64,000 nucleotides of DNA from an uncultured delta proteobacterium (GTDB lineage Bacteria > Myxococcota_A > Polyangia > Polyangiales > Polyangiaceae): assembly GCA_963782055.1 (NCBI GenBank), contig CAWAIF010000003.1, forward strand, positions 2,592,001-2,656,000, in the 5' to 3' direction. A program made the position numbers and the translations under genes. Position 1 is the stretch's first letter, and every line of letters starts with the position of its first letter. Below the pieces are notes generated by a model, which was given only the letters and a program-made list of their open reading frames with translations, had not been told where the DNA came from and ran no database searches. This document shows positions 36,351 through 46,051 of this stretch, in pieces.

Positions 36351-36854
36351 ATGGACGCTCTCCGTATCGTGGTGGTCACGGTCACCACCTCGCGCACCTC
36401 CCAGACCGACGCCGCCGGGCCCGCGCTCGCCGCTGCGCTGGAGAAGGCGGGGCACTCGGTGACGCGGCCCGCACCCATCGCCGACGCCGTCGCCGCCATC
36501 CGTGACGTGGTGCGCGTCGCCTCGGAGGACGGCTCGGCCGACGTGATGGTGCTGACCGGCGGGACGGGCATCACCCGGGAGGACGTCACGCCGGAGGCGC
36601 TGGAGCCGCTCTTCGTCAAGCGCATCGATGGCTTCGGGGAGGCGTTCCGCCGCTTGTCGTGGGAGCGCGTCGGCCCCCACGCGATGCTGTCGCGCGCGAC
36701 GGCGGGTGTTGTCGGCACGTTGCTCGTGTTCGCCGTGCCGGGGAGCCCAGGCGCGGCGGAGCTCGGCGCGGAGCTGGTGGCGGGCCTCCTCCCGCACGCC
36801 GCGGACCTCGCCGCGGGCCGCCACGGTCACCACCGTCACCAGACGAAGGCGTAG
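36351..36854 (+). CDS. moaB: MoaB/MogA molybdopterin adenylyltransferase
   Basis: TGGTGITREDVTPEA, GFGEAFR, AMLSRA, VPGSP. Confidence 0.88.
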   Translation: MDALRIVVVTVTTSRTSQTDAAGPALAAALEKAGHSVTRPAPIADAVAAIRDVVRVASEDGSADVMVLTGGTGITREDVTPEALEPLFVKRIDGFGEAFRRLSWERVGPHAMLSRATAGVVGTLLVFAVPGSPGAAELGAELVAGLLPHAADLAAGRHGHHRHQTKA

Positions 36855-36856
36855 GG

Positions 36857-37105
36857 ATGCGCGTCACGCTCCTGTACTTCGCCGCGGTGCGCGATCTCCT
36901 CGGCACCGATGAGGAAGAGGCGGAGCTGCCCGCCGGGGTGGCCACGGTGCGGGATCTCGCAGGGTGGCTCGAGGCCGCGCGGCCGGCGCTCGCCGGGCGG
37001 ATGGGCGCCGTGCGCCTGGCGCGCAACGAGCGCTTCGCCGACCCGGACGAGGCCCTCGCCGAGGGCGACGTCGTGGCCCTCATCCCGCCCGTGGCGGGCG
37101 GCTGA
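36857..37105 (+). CDS. moaD: Molybdopterin synthase sulfur carrier
   Basis: LYFAAVRD..GDVVALIPPVAGG with C-terminal GG. Confidence 0.92.
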   Translation: MRVTLLYFAAVRDLLGTDEEEAELPAGVATVRDLAGWLEAARPALAGRMGAVRLARNERFADPDEALAEGDVVALIPPVAGG

Positions 37106-37151
37106 CCCGCGCCGAGAGGAGAGAGAGCCCCTCGTCCACCTCGACGGGCAC

Positions 37152-38549
37152 TCAGGGGGGGAGCGCGCGATCGGCGCGACGCGGGCGCATGCGCACGCCG
37201 CGCTTCGGCCGCAGGGTGATCGAGGGGTCGAGCTCGAGCCGGAAGGCGGGCACGAGCTCCAGCCGGTAGCGCTGCACGATCATGGGGAGCGCCACCTGCA
37301 TCTCCATCATCGCGAAGGCGTTGCCGATGCAGGTGCGCGGGCCGCCCCCGAAGGGGAGGTAGGCGTGCTTGGGTCGCGCCTCCTTCGCCTCCCGGGAGAA
37401 GCGGGTCGGGTCGAAGCCCTCCGGGTTGGGCCAGATGCGAGGCAGCCGGTGCAGCAGGAAGGGCGCCACCGCGACGATGGAACCCTTCGCGATGCGGTAG
37501 CCGCCGATGACGTCGTCCTCGAGCAGCTCGCGCTCCATGACCCAGGCGGGCGGGTAGAGGCGCAGCGTCTCCTCGAGGACCTGGGTGGTGTAGGTGAGCC
37601 GGGGCAGGTCGGCGAGGGTCGGGGCGCGCCCGCCGAGGACCTCGCCCACTTCCCGCTCCAGGGTGCGCAGCACCTCGGGGTGGGTGGAGAGCAGGTAGAG
37701 CGCGAAGGTGAGCGCGTTGGCCGTCGTCTCGTGGCCGGCGAGCACCAGGGTGACGAGCTCGTCGCGCAGGAGGCGATCGGGCATGCCCTCGCCGGTCTGC
37801 TCGTCGCGCGCCTCCATGAGCATGCCGAGCAGGTCGTCGTGGCGGCCCTCGCCGGCGCGTCGCTCCTGCATGACGCGCGTGACCACGTCGTCGATCGTGC
37901 GCTTCGCGCGGGCGAAGCGGAGGTTCGCCGGCGTGGGGAACCAGGGCGGCGGGCGCACCGGCTTCTCGACGTAGTCGTTGGCCCACTTGAGCGCGACGGT
38001 GAGGGCCTCCCCGGTGGCCTTGGCGTCGCCGTCCAGCTCCGCCGACAGGAGCGTGCGGCCGACGACGCGGAAGGTGAGTCGCATCATCTCGGCGTGGGCG
38101 TCGAACGGGGTCTGCCCGTCTTGCTCGCGGTCCCAGCGGGCGAGCATGTCGCGCGTGCACTCGGCCATGGTGGAGACGAAGCCGCTCAGCCGCTCCCGGT
38201 GGAAGGCCGGCTGGGCGAGCCGGCGCTGCTTGCGCCACGTCTCGCCCTCCGACGTGAGCAGACCCTCCCCGAGCATCATCTTGAGGCCGCGGTAGTTGCG
38301 GCTCTTGACGTACCTCCTGTGGTTCTGGACCAGGATCTGGCGGGCGGCCTCCGGGTCGGACACCACCACGTAGTGGAGGTGGGCGAAGCGGAAGCGCATG
38401 ATCTCCCCCCACTCCTCCACGCCGGTGGCCATGAGGCCCAGCGGGTCCGCCCAGATGTCCAGCAGCGAGCCGAAGATGGCGCTGCTCCCCCGAGGGCCGG
38501 GCGGGTGCGGGTAAGAGGTGACCGGCGTCGTCTGGGTCGTCATCGCCAT
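37152..38549 (-). CDS. Cytochrome P450
   Basis: AGHETT I-helix, ETLR, FDPTRF, FGGGPRTCIG heme Cys. Confidence 0.95.
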   Translation of the reverse strand: MAMTTQTTPVTSYPHPPGPRGSSAIFGSLLDIWADPLGLMATGVEEWGEIMRFRFAHLHYVVVSDPEAARQILVQNHRRYVKSRNYRGLKMMLGEGLLTSEGETWRKQRRLAQPAFHRERLSGFVSTMAECTRDMLARWDREQDGQTPFDAHAEMMRLTFRVVGRTLLSAELDGDAKATGEALTVALKWANDYVEKPVRPPPWFPTPANLRFARAKRTIDDVVTRVMQERRAGEGRHDDLLGMLMEARDEQTGEGMPDRLLRDELVTLVLAGHETTANALTFALYLLSTHPEVLRTLEREVGEVLGGRAPTLADLPRLTYTTQVLEETLRLYPPAWVMERELLEDDVIGGYRIAKGSIVAVAPFLLHRLPRIWPNPEGFDPTRFSREAKEARPKHAYLPFGGGPRTCIGNAFAMMEMQVALPMIVQRYRLELVPAFRLELDPSITLRPKRGVRMRPRRADRALPP

Positions 38550-38572
38550 GGGAGCCCCGTTCGGAGTAAGCT

Positions 38573-38631
38573 GAACGTGAGCCTTGCCTCACGTTCTGCC
38601 AGAACGTGAGACATCCCTCATGTTCTGTCAA
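38573..38631. promoter_or_regulatory. Twin palindromic operators overlapping the P450 promoter
   Basis: GAACGTGAG-N6-CTCACGTTC (38573-38596) and AGAACGTGAG-N6-CTCATGTTCT (38601-38626); minus-strand TTGACA-17-CACGTT. Confidence 0.8.
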
Positions 38632-38638
38632 CCCACCC

Positions 38639-39256
38639 ATGACCGCACCTCTACGCAGGACACCCACCCAGGACCGCAGCCGCCAGCGCGTGGCGCGCAT
38701 CCTGGACGTCGCCGCGCACGTCTTCGCGGAGGTGGGCTACGAGGCAGCCACGACCGAGGCCATCGCCGAGCGCGCCGGCGTCTCCATCGGCAGCCTCTAC
38801 CAGTTCTTCCCCAACAAGAAGGCGCTCTTCGAGGCGATCGGCGCGCGCTACCTGGAGCAGGCGCGGCAGCTGTTCGAGGGGCTGGTGACGCCGGACCGGC
38901 TCGCCCGGCCGTGGCAGGAGCTGCTCGACGGCCTGGTGGACGGGTTCTGGGGCTTCCACCGCACGTCACCCGGGTTCCAGGCCGTGTGGAAGGGGTTTCT
39001 CCTCTCGCCGGAGTTCCTCGTCGCCGGCGACGCCCTCAACCGCGAGATCGCCCGGCGGCTGGACGGCGTGCTGGCCCACTTCACCGGCCTGCCGAAGAAG
39101 CAGCGCGAGGTGGTGGCCACCGCGCTGGTGGAGTCGCTCTCCGCGCTGCTCAGCGTGGGCGCGAGGATGCGGGAGCCCAGGGCTTCGATGCTGAAGGAGG
39201 AGAGCAAGGTGCTCCTCAGGCGCTATCTCGAGCCCTACATGCGTCGCGACCGGTGA
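38639..39256 (+). CDS. TetR/AcrR family regulator
   Basis: PTQDRSRQRVARILD..IAERAGVSIGSLYQFFPNK. Confidence 0.93.
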   Translation: MTAPLRRTPTQDRSRQRVARILDVAAHVFAEVGYEAATTEAIAERAGVSIGSLYQFFPNKKALFEAIGARYLEQARQLFEGLVTPDRLARPWQELLDGLVDGFWGFHRTSPGFQAVWKGFLLSPEFLVAGDALNREIARRLDGVLAHFTGLPKKQREVVATALVESLSALLSVGARMREPRASMLKEESKVLLRRYLEPYMRRDR

Positions 39257-39293
39257 CCTTCCCGCCGCGCGGGTGTCGTGCGATCTTCGGGGG

Positions 39294-39851
39294 ATGGCTG
39301 GTTCGATCAAGGGCGGCGTCCTCACCTCGCGCCTCGCCTTCCTGGAGGGTCGCGGCGGCGCCGAGGCCGTACGGCGCGTCCTGACGACGCTCCCCGAGGA
39401 GGATCGCGCGCTCCTTTCCGGCGCCATCGCCGGCGCCGGGTGGTACCCCTTCGACACCGGCTCGAGGCTGGACGCGGCGATCGAGGCGGAGCTGGGCGGC
39501 GGCGACGCCCTCTTTCGCGAGATGGGCAAGCAGTCGGCGCGCGACAACCTGAGCCCGGCGCAGCGCGCCTTCGTCCGCGAGCGCGACCCTTACGCGCTGC
39601 TCAAGGCGGCGGCGTCGATCTATCGCCTCTACTACGACACCGGCCGCCGCACCTTCGAGCGGCGGGGCGTGCGCACGCTCGTCCTTCGCACGCACGACAG
39701 CACGACGTTCTCGCGCGCCGACTGCCTCACGGTCGTGGGCTGGCACGAGCAGGTCATCGCCATGTGCGGCGGCTCCAACGTCCGCGTGACGGAGACGCAG
39801 TGCCGCGCCAAGGGCGACGACGTGTGCGAGTACGTCTGCGAATGGGATTGA
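39294..39851 (+). CDS. Myxobacterial TIGR02265-like protein (V4R/HNOX-like fold)
   Basis: IKGGVL..AGWYPF, YRLYYDTG, GWHEQ, CRAKGDDVCEY..W. Confidence 0.7.
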   Translation: MAGSIKGGVLTSRLAFLEGRGGAEAVRRVLTTLPEEDRALLSGAIAGAGWYPFDTGSRLDAAIEAELGGGDALFREMGKQSARDNLSPAQRAFVRERDPYALLKAAASIYRLYYDTGRRTFERRGVRTLVLRTHDSTTFSRADCLTVVGWHEQVIAMCGGSNVRVTETQCRAKGDDVCEYVCEWD

Positions 39852-39852
39852 G

Positions 39853-42800
39853 CTACTTCGCCCAGGCCTGGGCGATCTCCAGGGTGAGGGCGTTCTCCGG
39901 GACCTGGGTGAGGAACGCCTCGCGGACGGCCGCGCTGGTCATGCGGTCGGCGCGCGCCCGCAGGCGTCGCGCGGCGTCGCCGATCGCCACGCGGCCGGTG
40001 CGCTCCTGACCGTTGGCGAAGAGCGCCTCTGCCCACACGAGGCGCACCAGCGACTCGCCCTCGTCGATGCCGCCCAGCGTGACCAGCAGGTCGTAGGCCT
40101 CGCGGGAGGCGGCGAGGGCGGCGTCCTTGTCGTCGCGCAACAGCTCGATGTGCGCGAGCACCGCGAGCGCGTAGGCGCGGAAGGTGGGGGGGAGGTCCTC
40201 GCGCCGCGCGATGGACCGTGCCTGCGCCGCCGCCTCGTCGTGCATGCCCGCGCGGGCGAGCGCGTGCGCGTGGTAGATGCGCGAGCCGTCCTCCATGCGC
40301 GGCCGCTTCTGCGCGTGGAAGGCCTCGATGGCGTCCTCCTGCAGGGCGCGCGCCTCCTCCGCCCGGCCGAGGTGGGAGAGCGCGAGCCCGAGGTTCTGCT
40401 TGGAGGCAGCCGACACCGAGTCGAGGCCCATGCGATCGCCGATCGCGAGCGTCTCGCGCAGGACGCGCTCCGCCTCCTCGTACATGCCCGCCTCGATGTA
40501 GCCGTAGCCGAGGTTGACGCGGCGCGAGCAGCCGTTGCGGCGGTCCTCGATCTGGTCGAACTGACGGACGCTCTCCAGCGTCCACTCCAGCATCGCCCCG
40601 ACGTCCCCGGCGAAGTGGGCGATCGCCGCGCGCGCCGTCGCCGCCTGGGCCGCGACGATGGGCTCCTGCATGACCTCCGAGCTGCCGTGCGACTCCAGCA
40701 GGGCGAGCATGGACATGGAGGCCGCCGGGTCGCCCGCGTGCGCGAAGGCGACGCACGTCTGCGCCACGGCGATGGCGAGCGCCGCGCCGAACGTCCCGTG
40801 CGCCGCCTTCTCCACGCGTCCGGCCAGCGCGGTCAGCTCCTCGGTGCGGTGCATGCGCCCCCACGCCGCCGCGAGCTGGCCGGCCGCGTTGCACCACGCG
40901 TCGCCGCCCTCCGGGAGCAGGCGAAGCGCCTCCTCGAAGCAGCTCACCGCGCGCGCCGACTCGCCGCGCCACCACGCCACGTTGCCCAGCAGCGTGCGCA
41001 GCAGCCCGAGCTCCTCACCCGCCGCGCCGCACCGGATGCCGAGCTCGGCGCACTCCACCGCCCCGTCCAGGTCGTTGCCGCCCACCGCGCGCATCGCGGC
41101 GCGCAGGTACCAGGGCGCCGCCCGCGAAGGCTGGCCGCTCTGCCCGTAGTGCCCGGCGAGCAGGAGCGGGTCAGTCTCGCCGGCGCGCTCGAGCCACGTC
41201 CCGGCGACGCGGTGGCCGACGGCGCGATCCTGCGCGGTGAGCGTGGCGTACGCGGCCTCCCGGACGAGCGCGTTGCGGAAGATGTACTCGCGCTCGCCGG
41301 GGAAGCGGCCCTCCGACCGGCGGCTGACGATCTCCCGCTCGCAGAGGGTGTCGAGCCACTCGCCGGCGTGCGGCGCGAGGGAGGCGTCGACGAGGGCGGA
41401 GACGCCGCCGCCCCAGAAGACGTCGCCGAAGACGCTCGCGGCGCGCAGGACCTGCCGCGCGTCGCCCTCCAGCGCGTCGAGGCGCGCCTGCACCATCGCC
41501 AGCACCGTCTCGGGCAAGGCGTCCCCGTGGCCGCTGGCGATCGAGCGGATGAGCTCTTCCAGGTAGAAGACGTTGCCGCCGGCCAGCCCGATGATGCGCG
41601 CGACGGTCGGCGCGGTGATGCGGTCGCCCAGGACGTGCCGCACCAGCTTCTCGGCCGCCTTGCGGGAGATCTCTCCCAGGTGGAGGCTGGTGGTGCGACG
41701 GCCGGACCACAGCCTGGGGAAGGCGTCGCGCACCGCGGGGCGTCCGAGCGCCAGCACCATGAGCGGCGAGTCGGCGAGGGAGCGCAACGCGCCGTCGACG
41801 AGGCGGACCGTGGGCAGGTCTCCCCACTGCAGGTCCTCGAGCACCAGCAGCACCGGGTTGGCGGCGCACTCGGCGGCGAGGAAGTCCTCCCACGCGCGCT
41901 GCATCAGGTCGCCCATGAGCACGGCGTCGCGGCGCGCCGCGCGGAGCTGCGCGCTCTCCTCGTCGCCGAAGGGGACGCCCGCGATCTCGCCGAGGAACTC
42001 GCTCAGGCGCGCGACGTCGCCGGGGGCCGCGTGCCGCGCGATGCGCGCGCGGAGCTTCTGCTGGCGCACCGGGAGGGGCTCGCCCTCCAGGACCCGCGCC
42101 GCCTGGCGCAGGACCTGCCGCGCCAGCGCGAAGGGCGAGCCGGCCTGCATGGGGTCGCCCCGGCCGACCCAGACCTCCACCTTGTCCCCCCGCTCCTTCA
42201 CGCGTCGCACGAACTCGTAGCGCAGGCGCGACTTGCCCACGCCCGCGTCGCCGACGACCAGGGTGACGCTCGCCACCTCCTCCTCGCCGCACTCCTCCCA
42301 CGCCGCCATCAACGTCCCGAGCTCCCGCTCGCGCCCCACACACGGCGTGACCATGCCGAGCAGCTTCCGCGTGGCGTCGGCGATCTCCCGCTCCTGGGTG
42401 AGGAACAGGCCGCCCTGATCGTCGCCCCCGAGCTCGAAGCGGGCGTCGAGCAGCCCGGCGGTGGTCTCGTCGGTGCGGATGCCGCAGCGGCCGGCGCCCG
42501 ACGCGCGGCGCGCCGTCTCGGCGTGCAGGAGCGCCGCCGCGCGCTCGATCGCCTCGCCGACGGGGAGCGGACCGGAGACGACGCCGCGCCCGGTCGCGAG
42601 CACGACGGGCGTCTCGCCCATCTCCGTCTGGACGCGCAGCGCGCAGCGTGCGGCGCGCGTGGCCTGGTCGGTCGCGCTGCCGGTGCCCTGCAGCGTCGCC
42701 ACGAGCGTCCCGCTGGCGAGGGTCTCCAGGGTCCCTCCGAACTCCCGCACCACCGGCGAGAGGCGCTCGCGCTCGGTGGCGGCCTTCGACCCGGTCTCCG

Positions 42801-43734
42801 TCGGGGGCTCGGTCTGCGCGACGATCACGCTCACCAGCCGCTGCTCGCCGTGCGTCAGGGTGGGGGGGATGCTGGAGCGTCGCGGCAGCGGCGCGCCGCT
42901 CCGCGGGGCCTCGATGCCCGCGAGCTCCTCGGCCACCGCCTGGCCATCGGCGGGGCGGTCGGCGGGATCCTTGGCGAGCATGCGCGTCACCAGGTCGTCG
43001 AGGGTGTCCGGCACCTCCGGCAACAGGTCGCGCACGCGCGGCGGCGGCTCGAAGAGGACCTTGGCGAGCACGCTCACCAGGTCGTCGCCGTGGAAGGCGT
43101 TCTGCCCCGTGAGGCACTTGAAGAGCAGCGCGCCCAGGGAGAAGACGTCCACCTGCGGGCCGAGCTCGCGCTCGCCGCGAGCCTGCTCCGGCGCGATGTA
43201 GCCCGGCGTCCCGACCAGCATTCCGGTCTTGGTGACCTCCGCCGCGGCGGAGTGCCGCGCGAGCCCGAAGTCGACGAGCATCGCCCGATCCACCTCGCCG
43301 CCGGCCAGCATCACGTTGGTGGGCTTCACGTCGCGGTGCACCAGCTTTCGTGCGTGCGCGGAGCCCAGCGCGGCGGCGATGCGGCCCGCGATGACGAGCG
43401 ACTCGGCGATGCTCAGCTTGCCGCGCCGCAGGCGCCGGGCGAGCGTCTCGCCCTCGATCCACTGCATGGCGAGGAAGGGCTCGCCCGTCGGCAGCACGCC
43501 GTGCGCCACGTAGCGGACGGCCCCGGGGTGGCTGATCTCCGCGAGCGCCGCCGTCTCCCGGGCGAAGCGCTCGGCGTGCTCCCCCGGCGCGTGCAGCACC
43601 TTGAGGGCGACGAGCTCCCCGGTGAGGGTGTCGAGCGCCCGGTGCACCGAGCCCATGCCTCCGGTGCCGACCTTCTCCTCCAGCGCGAAGCGGCCGGCGA
43701 TGAGCGAGCCGTCGTCGTGCGCGGCGTGGGACAT
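39853..43734 (-). CDS. Ser/Thr kinase - degenerate cyclase-like - AAA/STAND ATPase - TPR protein
   Basis: GTGGMG, HRDVKPTN, DFG, APE; VGRERE, GDAGVGKS, LEDLQW, GGNVFYLEEL; C-terminal TPRs. Confidence 0.92.
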   Translation of the reverse strand: MSHAAHDDGSLIAGRFALEEKVGTGGMGSVHRALDTLTGELVALKVLHAPGEHAERFARETAALAEISHPGAVRYVAHGVLPTGEPFLAMQWIEGETLARRLRRGKLSIAESLVIAGRIAAALGSAHARKLVHRDVKPTNVMLAGGEVDRAMLVDFGLARHSAAAEVTKTGMLVGTPGYIAPEQARGERELGPQVDVFSLGALLFKCLTGQNAFHGDDLVSVLAKVLFEPPPRVRDLLPEVPDTLDDLVTRMLAKDPADRPADGQAVAEELAGIEAPRSGAPLPRRSSIPPTLTHGEQRLVSVIVAQTEPPTETGSKAATERERLSPVVREFGGTLETLASGTLVATLQGTGSATDQATRAARCALRVQTEMGETPVVLATGRGVVSGPLPVGEAIERAAALLHAETARRASGAGRCGIRTDETTAGLLDARFELGGDDQGGLFLTQEREIADATRKLLGMVTPCVGRERELGTLMAAWEECGEEEVASVTLVVGDAGVGKSRLRYEFVRRVKERGDKVEVWVGRGDPMQAGSPFALARQVLRQAARVLEGEPLPVRQQKLRARIARHAAPGDVARLSEFLGEIAGVPFGDEESAQLRAARRDAVLMGDLMQRAWEDFLAAECAANPVLLVLEDLQWGDLPTVRLVDGALRSLADSPLMVLALGRPAVRDAFPRLWSGRRTTSLHLGEISRKAAEKLVRHVLGDRITAPTVARIIGLAGGNVFYLEELIRSIASGHGDALPETVLAMVQARLDALEGDARQVLRAASVFGDVFWGGGVSALVDASLAPHAGEWLDTLCEREIVSRRSEGRFPGEREYIFRNALVREAAYATLTAQDRAVGHRVAGTWLERAGETDPLLLAGHYGQSGQPSRAAPWYLRAAMRAVGGNDLDGAVECAELGIRCGAAGEELGLLRTLLGNVAWWRGESARAVSCFEEALRLLPEGGDAWCNAAGQLAAAWGRMHRTEELTALAGRVEKAAHGTFGAALAIAVAQTCVAFAHAGDPAASMSMLALLESHGSSEVMQEPIVAAQAATARAAIAHFAGDVGAMLEWTLESVRQFDQIEDRRNGCSRRVNLGYGYIEAGMYEEAERVLRETLAIGDRMGLDSVSAASKQNLGLALSHLGRAEEARALQEDAIEAFHAQKRPRMEDGSRIYHAHALARAGMHDEAAAQARSIARREDLPPTFRAYALAVLAHIELLRDDKDAALAASREAYDLLVTLGGIDEGESLVRLVWAEALFANGQERTGRVAIGDAARRLRARADRMTSAAVREAFLTQVPENALTLEIAQAWAK

Positions 43735-43858
43735 GCCATCATCAGCATAAGCGCGTGCGCGGCGGAAGGGGGGCAAATCCCGCGCGGCGCGGATGAGGTC
43801 CGGCCGGAGGCCGCCGACGGCCCGAAGGGCAGGTGGCCCCTGAGGTAGAGTGGTCGCC

Positions 43859-44491
43859 ATGATCCGAACCGCCGGTCTGGCTCCTCTCGTCTGCGTGTGT
43901 GCGAGCGCGCTCCTCTCCTGTGGCGGCGGCGCGGCCTCCACGGTCGCCGCTCCACCGACCGCGCCATCCGGTCCGCCGCCGAGCGCGCCCGCCGCGACGT
44001 CCGCGCCCGCCGCGACGTCCGCGTCCACCGCGCAGGACACCTCGCCCGCGCCCATCGGGCACCGTCATCGCAAGGTCGGCAACGGGTGGTTCCTCTCCGG
44101 CGGGGGCAAGGGCTCCTACGAGGCGGTGTTCGAGCCCGGGCCGCCGCCCGACGTGGTGATGCGGCCCACCGGCGATCCCGGCGGCCGCTGGGTGACGCTC
44201 ATGAAGAACGTCGCGGCCGCGCGCTATCGCGGCAAGAAGGTGCGCATCCGCATCGGCATCAAGACCCAGGGCGTCACCGGGCGCGGGGAGATCTGGGCGC
44301 GCGCCGCCGCCCCGGGCAATCCAGAGGACGCGCCGAGCACCACCGCGCCGCTCGACGCGAGCGCGGCGATGAAGACCTACGAGGTGACCATCGACGTGAA
44401 GCCGGGGGCGCGCGTCGTGGAGTACGGCGCGTCGATCGTCGGTCCGGGCAGCCTTTGGGTGGGGGAGGACGCGATCGACGTGGTCCAGTGA
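43859..44491 (+). CDS. Hypothetical lipoprotein with beta-sandwich (CBM-like) domain
   Basis: LLSC lipobox, P/A/S/T linker, GWFLSG..RYRGKKVRI..GPGSLWV. Confidence 0.6.
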   Translation: MIRTAGLAPLVCVCASALLSCGGGAASTVAAPPTAPSGPPPSAPAATSAPAATSASTAQDTSPAPIGHRHRKVGNGWFLSGGGKGSYEAVFEPGPPPDVVMRPTGDPGGRWVTLMKNVAAARYRGKKVRIRIGIKTQGVTGRGEIWARAAAPGNPEDAPSTTAPLDASAAMKTYEVTIDVKPGARVVEYGASIVGPGSLWVGEDAIDVVQ

Positions 44492-44521
44492 CCCTCGCGC
44501 GGTCGTGATACTCGTGGACCC

Positions 44522-44974
44522 ATGTCCTTCGTCGCCGAAGCCTGGGCCGACATCGACGTCCCGCCGGAGATGGCGTTCGACGTGCTCCTCGACCACCCCG
44601 GGTGGAAGGATTGGATGCCACCTTCCTTCGCCGTCGCTTCACCGCCGGACGGGCCGCTGCGGGTGGGCGCGCGCTTTCGCGTGCGCATCCTCGGCGCGCC
44701 GGCGGCCAGCACGCTGCGGCTGCTGGTGGCGGATCGCCCGCGCGAGATCGCCTGGTCCGGCGGGATGCGCAGGGTGCTGCACGGCGAGCACCGCTTCCTC
44801 TTCGAGAGCGACGGCGGCGGCGGGACGAAGGTCCACTCCCACGAGAAGTGGAGCGGCGCGCTGGCGCCCCTCGTGCGCCGCCTGGTCAAGCCGATGGCCG
44901 AGCGCGTGGGGAGAGAGCAGCTCGCCGGTCTCGCCGCGGCGTGCCGGGCGAGGCAGCCAGGCTCGGCGCGGTGA
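44522..44974 (+). CDS. SRPBCC/polyketide cyclase-like protein
   Basis: DIDVPPEMAFDVLLD..WKDWMP, LRVGARF, GEHRFLFE, HEKWSG. Confidence 0.8.
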   Translation: MSFVAEAWADIDVPPEMAFDVLLDHPGWKDWMPPSFAVASPPDGPLRVGARFRVRILGAPAASTLRLLVADRPREIAWSGGMRRVLHGEHRFLFESDGGGGTKVHSHEKWSGALAPLVRRLVKPMAERVGREQLAGLAAACRARQPGSAR

Positions 44975-46005
44975 GGACGCCGACCCTCGCGCTCGGCTGC
45001 GTGTTGCTGGCCGGCGCGCCGGCGCGCGCGCTCGCGGCGGGGGGGAAGGAGCCCACGCGCATCGAGTACCACGCGCCTGACGGCTGTCCCGGCGCGGCCG
45101 ACTTCGAGGCGGGCGTCTTCGGACGAACGGCGCTTGCGCGCCGTGCCGAGCCCGGGGAGCGAGCCCGCACCTTCGTGGTGTCCATTCGCAAGACCGACCG
45201 CTTCGTCGGTACGCTGCGGGTGCGCGAGCTGGACGGCTCCACCTCGCGGCGGCAGGTCGCCACGCGCACTTGCCGCGACACCGCCGAGGCGCTCGAGCTC
45301 TTCACCGCGCTCGCCATCGACCCCAACGCACAAGCGCTTCTGTCCGCTCCGGCGGCGACGACGACCCCCAGCCCCGGATCGCCCCCCGCCGCGCCGGCAC
45401 CGCCCCCCGTCAGGAAGCGGGGCGCCGTCGTGCCTCCGCGCACGCCCCGGTCCGCGCGGCCGCGTCGCACAGGCCCACCATGGAGGCTCCGCGTCGCGGC
45501 AGGGACGGGCGCGGGCGTCGCGGCCGGCATCGCGCCGTCGCCCATGGGGAACGTCCCCCTCTTCGTCGACCTGGACGCCGTTCGTGGCGACGCGGTGTGG
45601 GTCCCGGGCGTGCGGGTGGCGCTCTCCTTTGGCCAGGGCGCCACTCCCGTTGCACCGACCGGCGGCTTCGTGCTGCGGTGGGTCGCCGCCACGGTGCTCC
45701 TCTGCGGGGTCCGCCTCGCGACCGGCGCCTTCGAGGTGCGCGTCTGCGCCGCGGGCGAGGCGGGCTCCCTGCGCGCGGCCAGCTTCGTGGTCGCGCAGCC
45801 GGTGGCGATCGAGCGGCCCTGGCTGGGCCTGGGCGGAGCGCTCCGTGCCGCCGTACGCCTCGCCGGTCGTCTCCGTCTCGGAGCCTCGGCGGCCCTCGTG
45901 GCGCCCCTCTTTCACGACCGGATCTTCCTTTCGCCCGGCCTGCTGGCGTACGAGGTCCCGTCCGTCGGAGGGCGCCTGGACCTGCTCGTCGGGCTGGTCT
46001 TCTGA
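44971..46005 (+). CDS. Hypothetical secreted protein, likely with a C-terminal beta-barrel
   Basis: Signal peptide, YHAPDGCP, RTCRDTAEAL..ALAIDP, Pro linker, amphipathic strands ending LLVGLVF. Confidence 0.65.
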   Translation: MRTPTLALGCVLLAGAPARALAAGGKEPTRIEYHAPDGCPGAADFEAGVFGRTALARRAEPGERARTFVVSIRKTDRFVGTLRVRELDGSTSRRQVATRTCRDTAEALELFTALAIDPNAQALLSAPAATTTPSPGSPPAAPAPPPVRKRGAVVPPRTPRSARPRRTGPPWRLRVAAGTGAGVAAGIAPSPMGNVPLFVDLDAVRGDAVWVPGVRVALSFGQGATPVAPTGGFVLRWVAATVLLCGVRLATGAFEVRVCAAGEAGSLRAASFVVAQPVAIERPWLGLGGALRAAVRLAGRLRLGASAALVAPLFHDRIFLSPGLLAYEVPSVGGRLDLLVGLVF

Positions 46006-46012
46006 CGCCAGA

Positions 46013-46044
46013 TGATCAGGGCGGCGGGGTGTGGACATTGTTGC
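46013..46044 (+). promoter_or_regulatory. Putative ECF sigma promoter, copy 1
   Basis: TGATCA-14 nt-GGACATTGTTGC; same motif and spacing at 47737-47768. Confidence 0.65.
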
Positions 46045-46051
46045 AGGGACC

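Noticed and set aside
37152..44974. Secondary-metabolite cluster around the P450 and SRPBCC genes
   Set aside because: No PKS, NRPS, terpene synthase or RiPP precursor/maturase nearby
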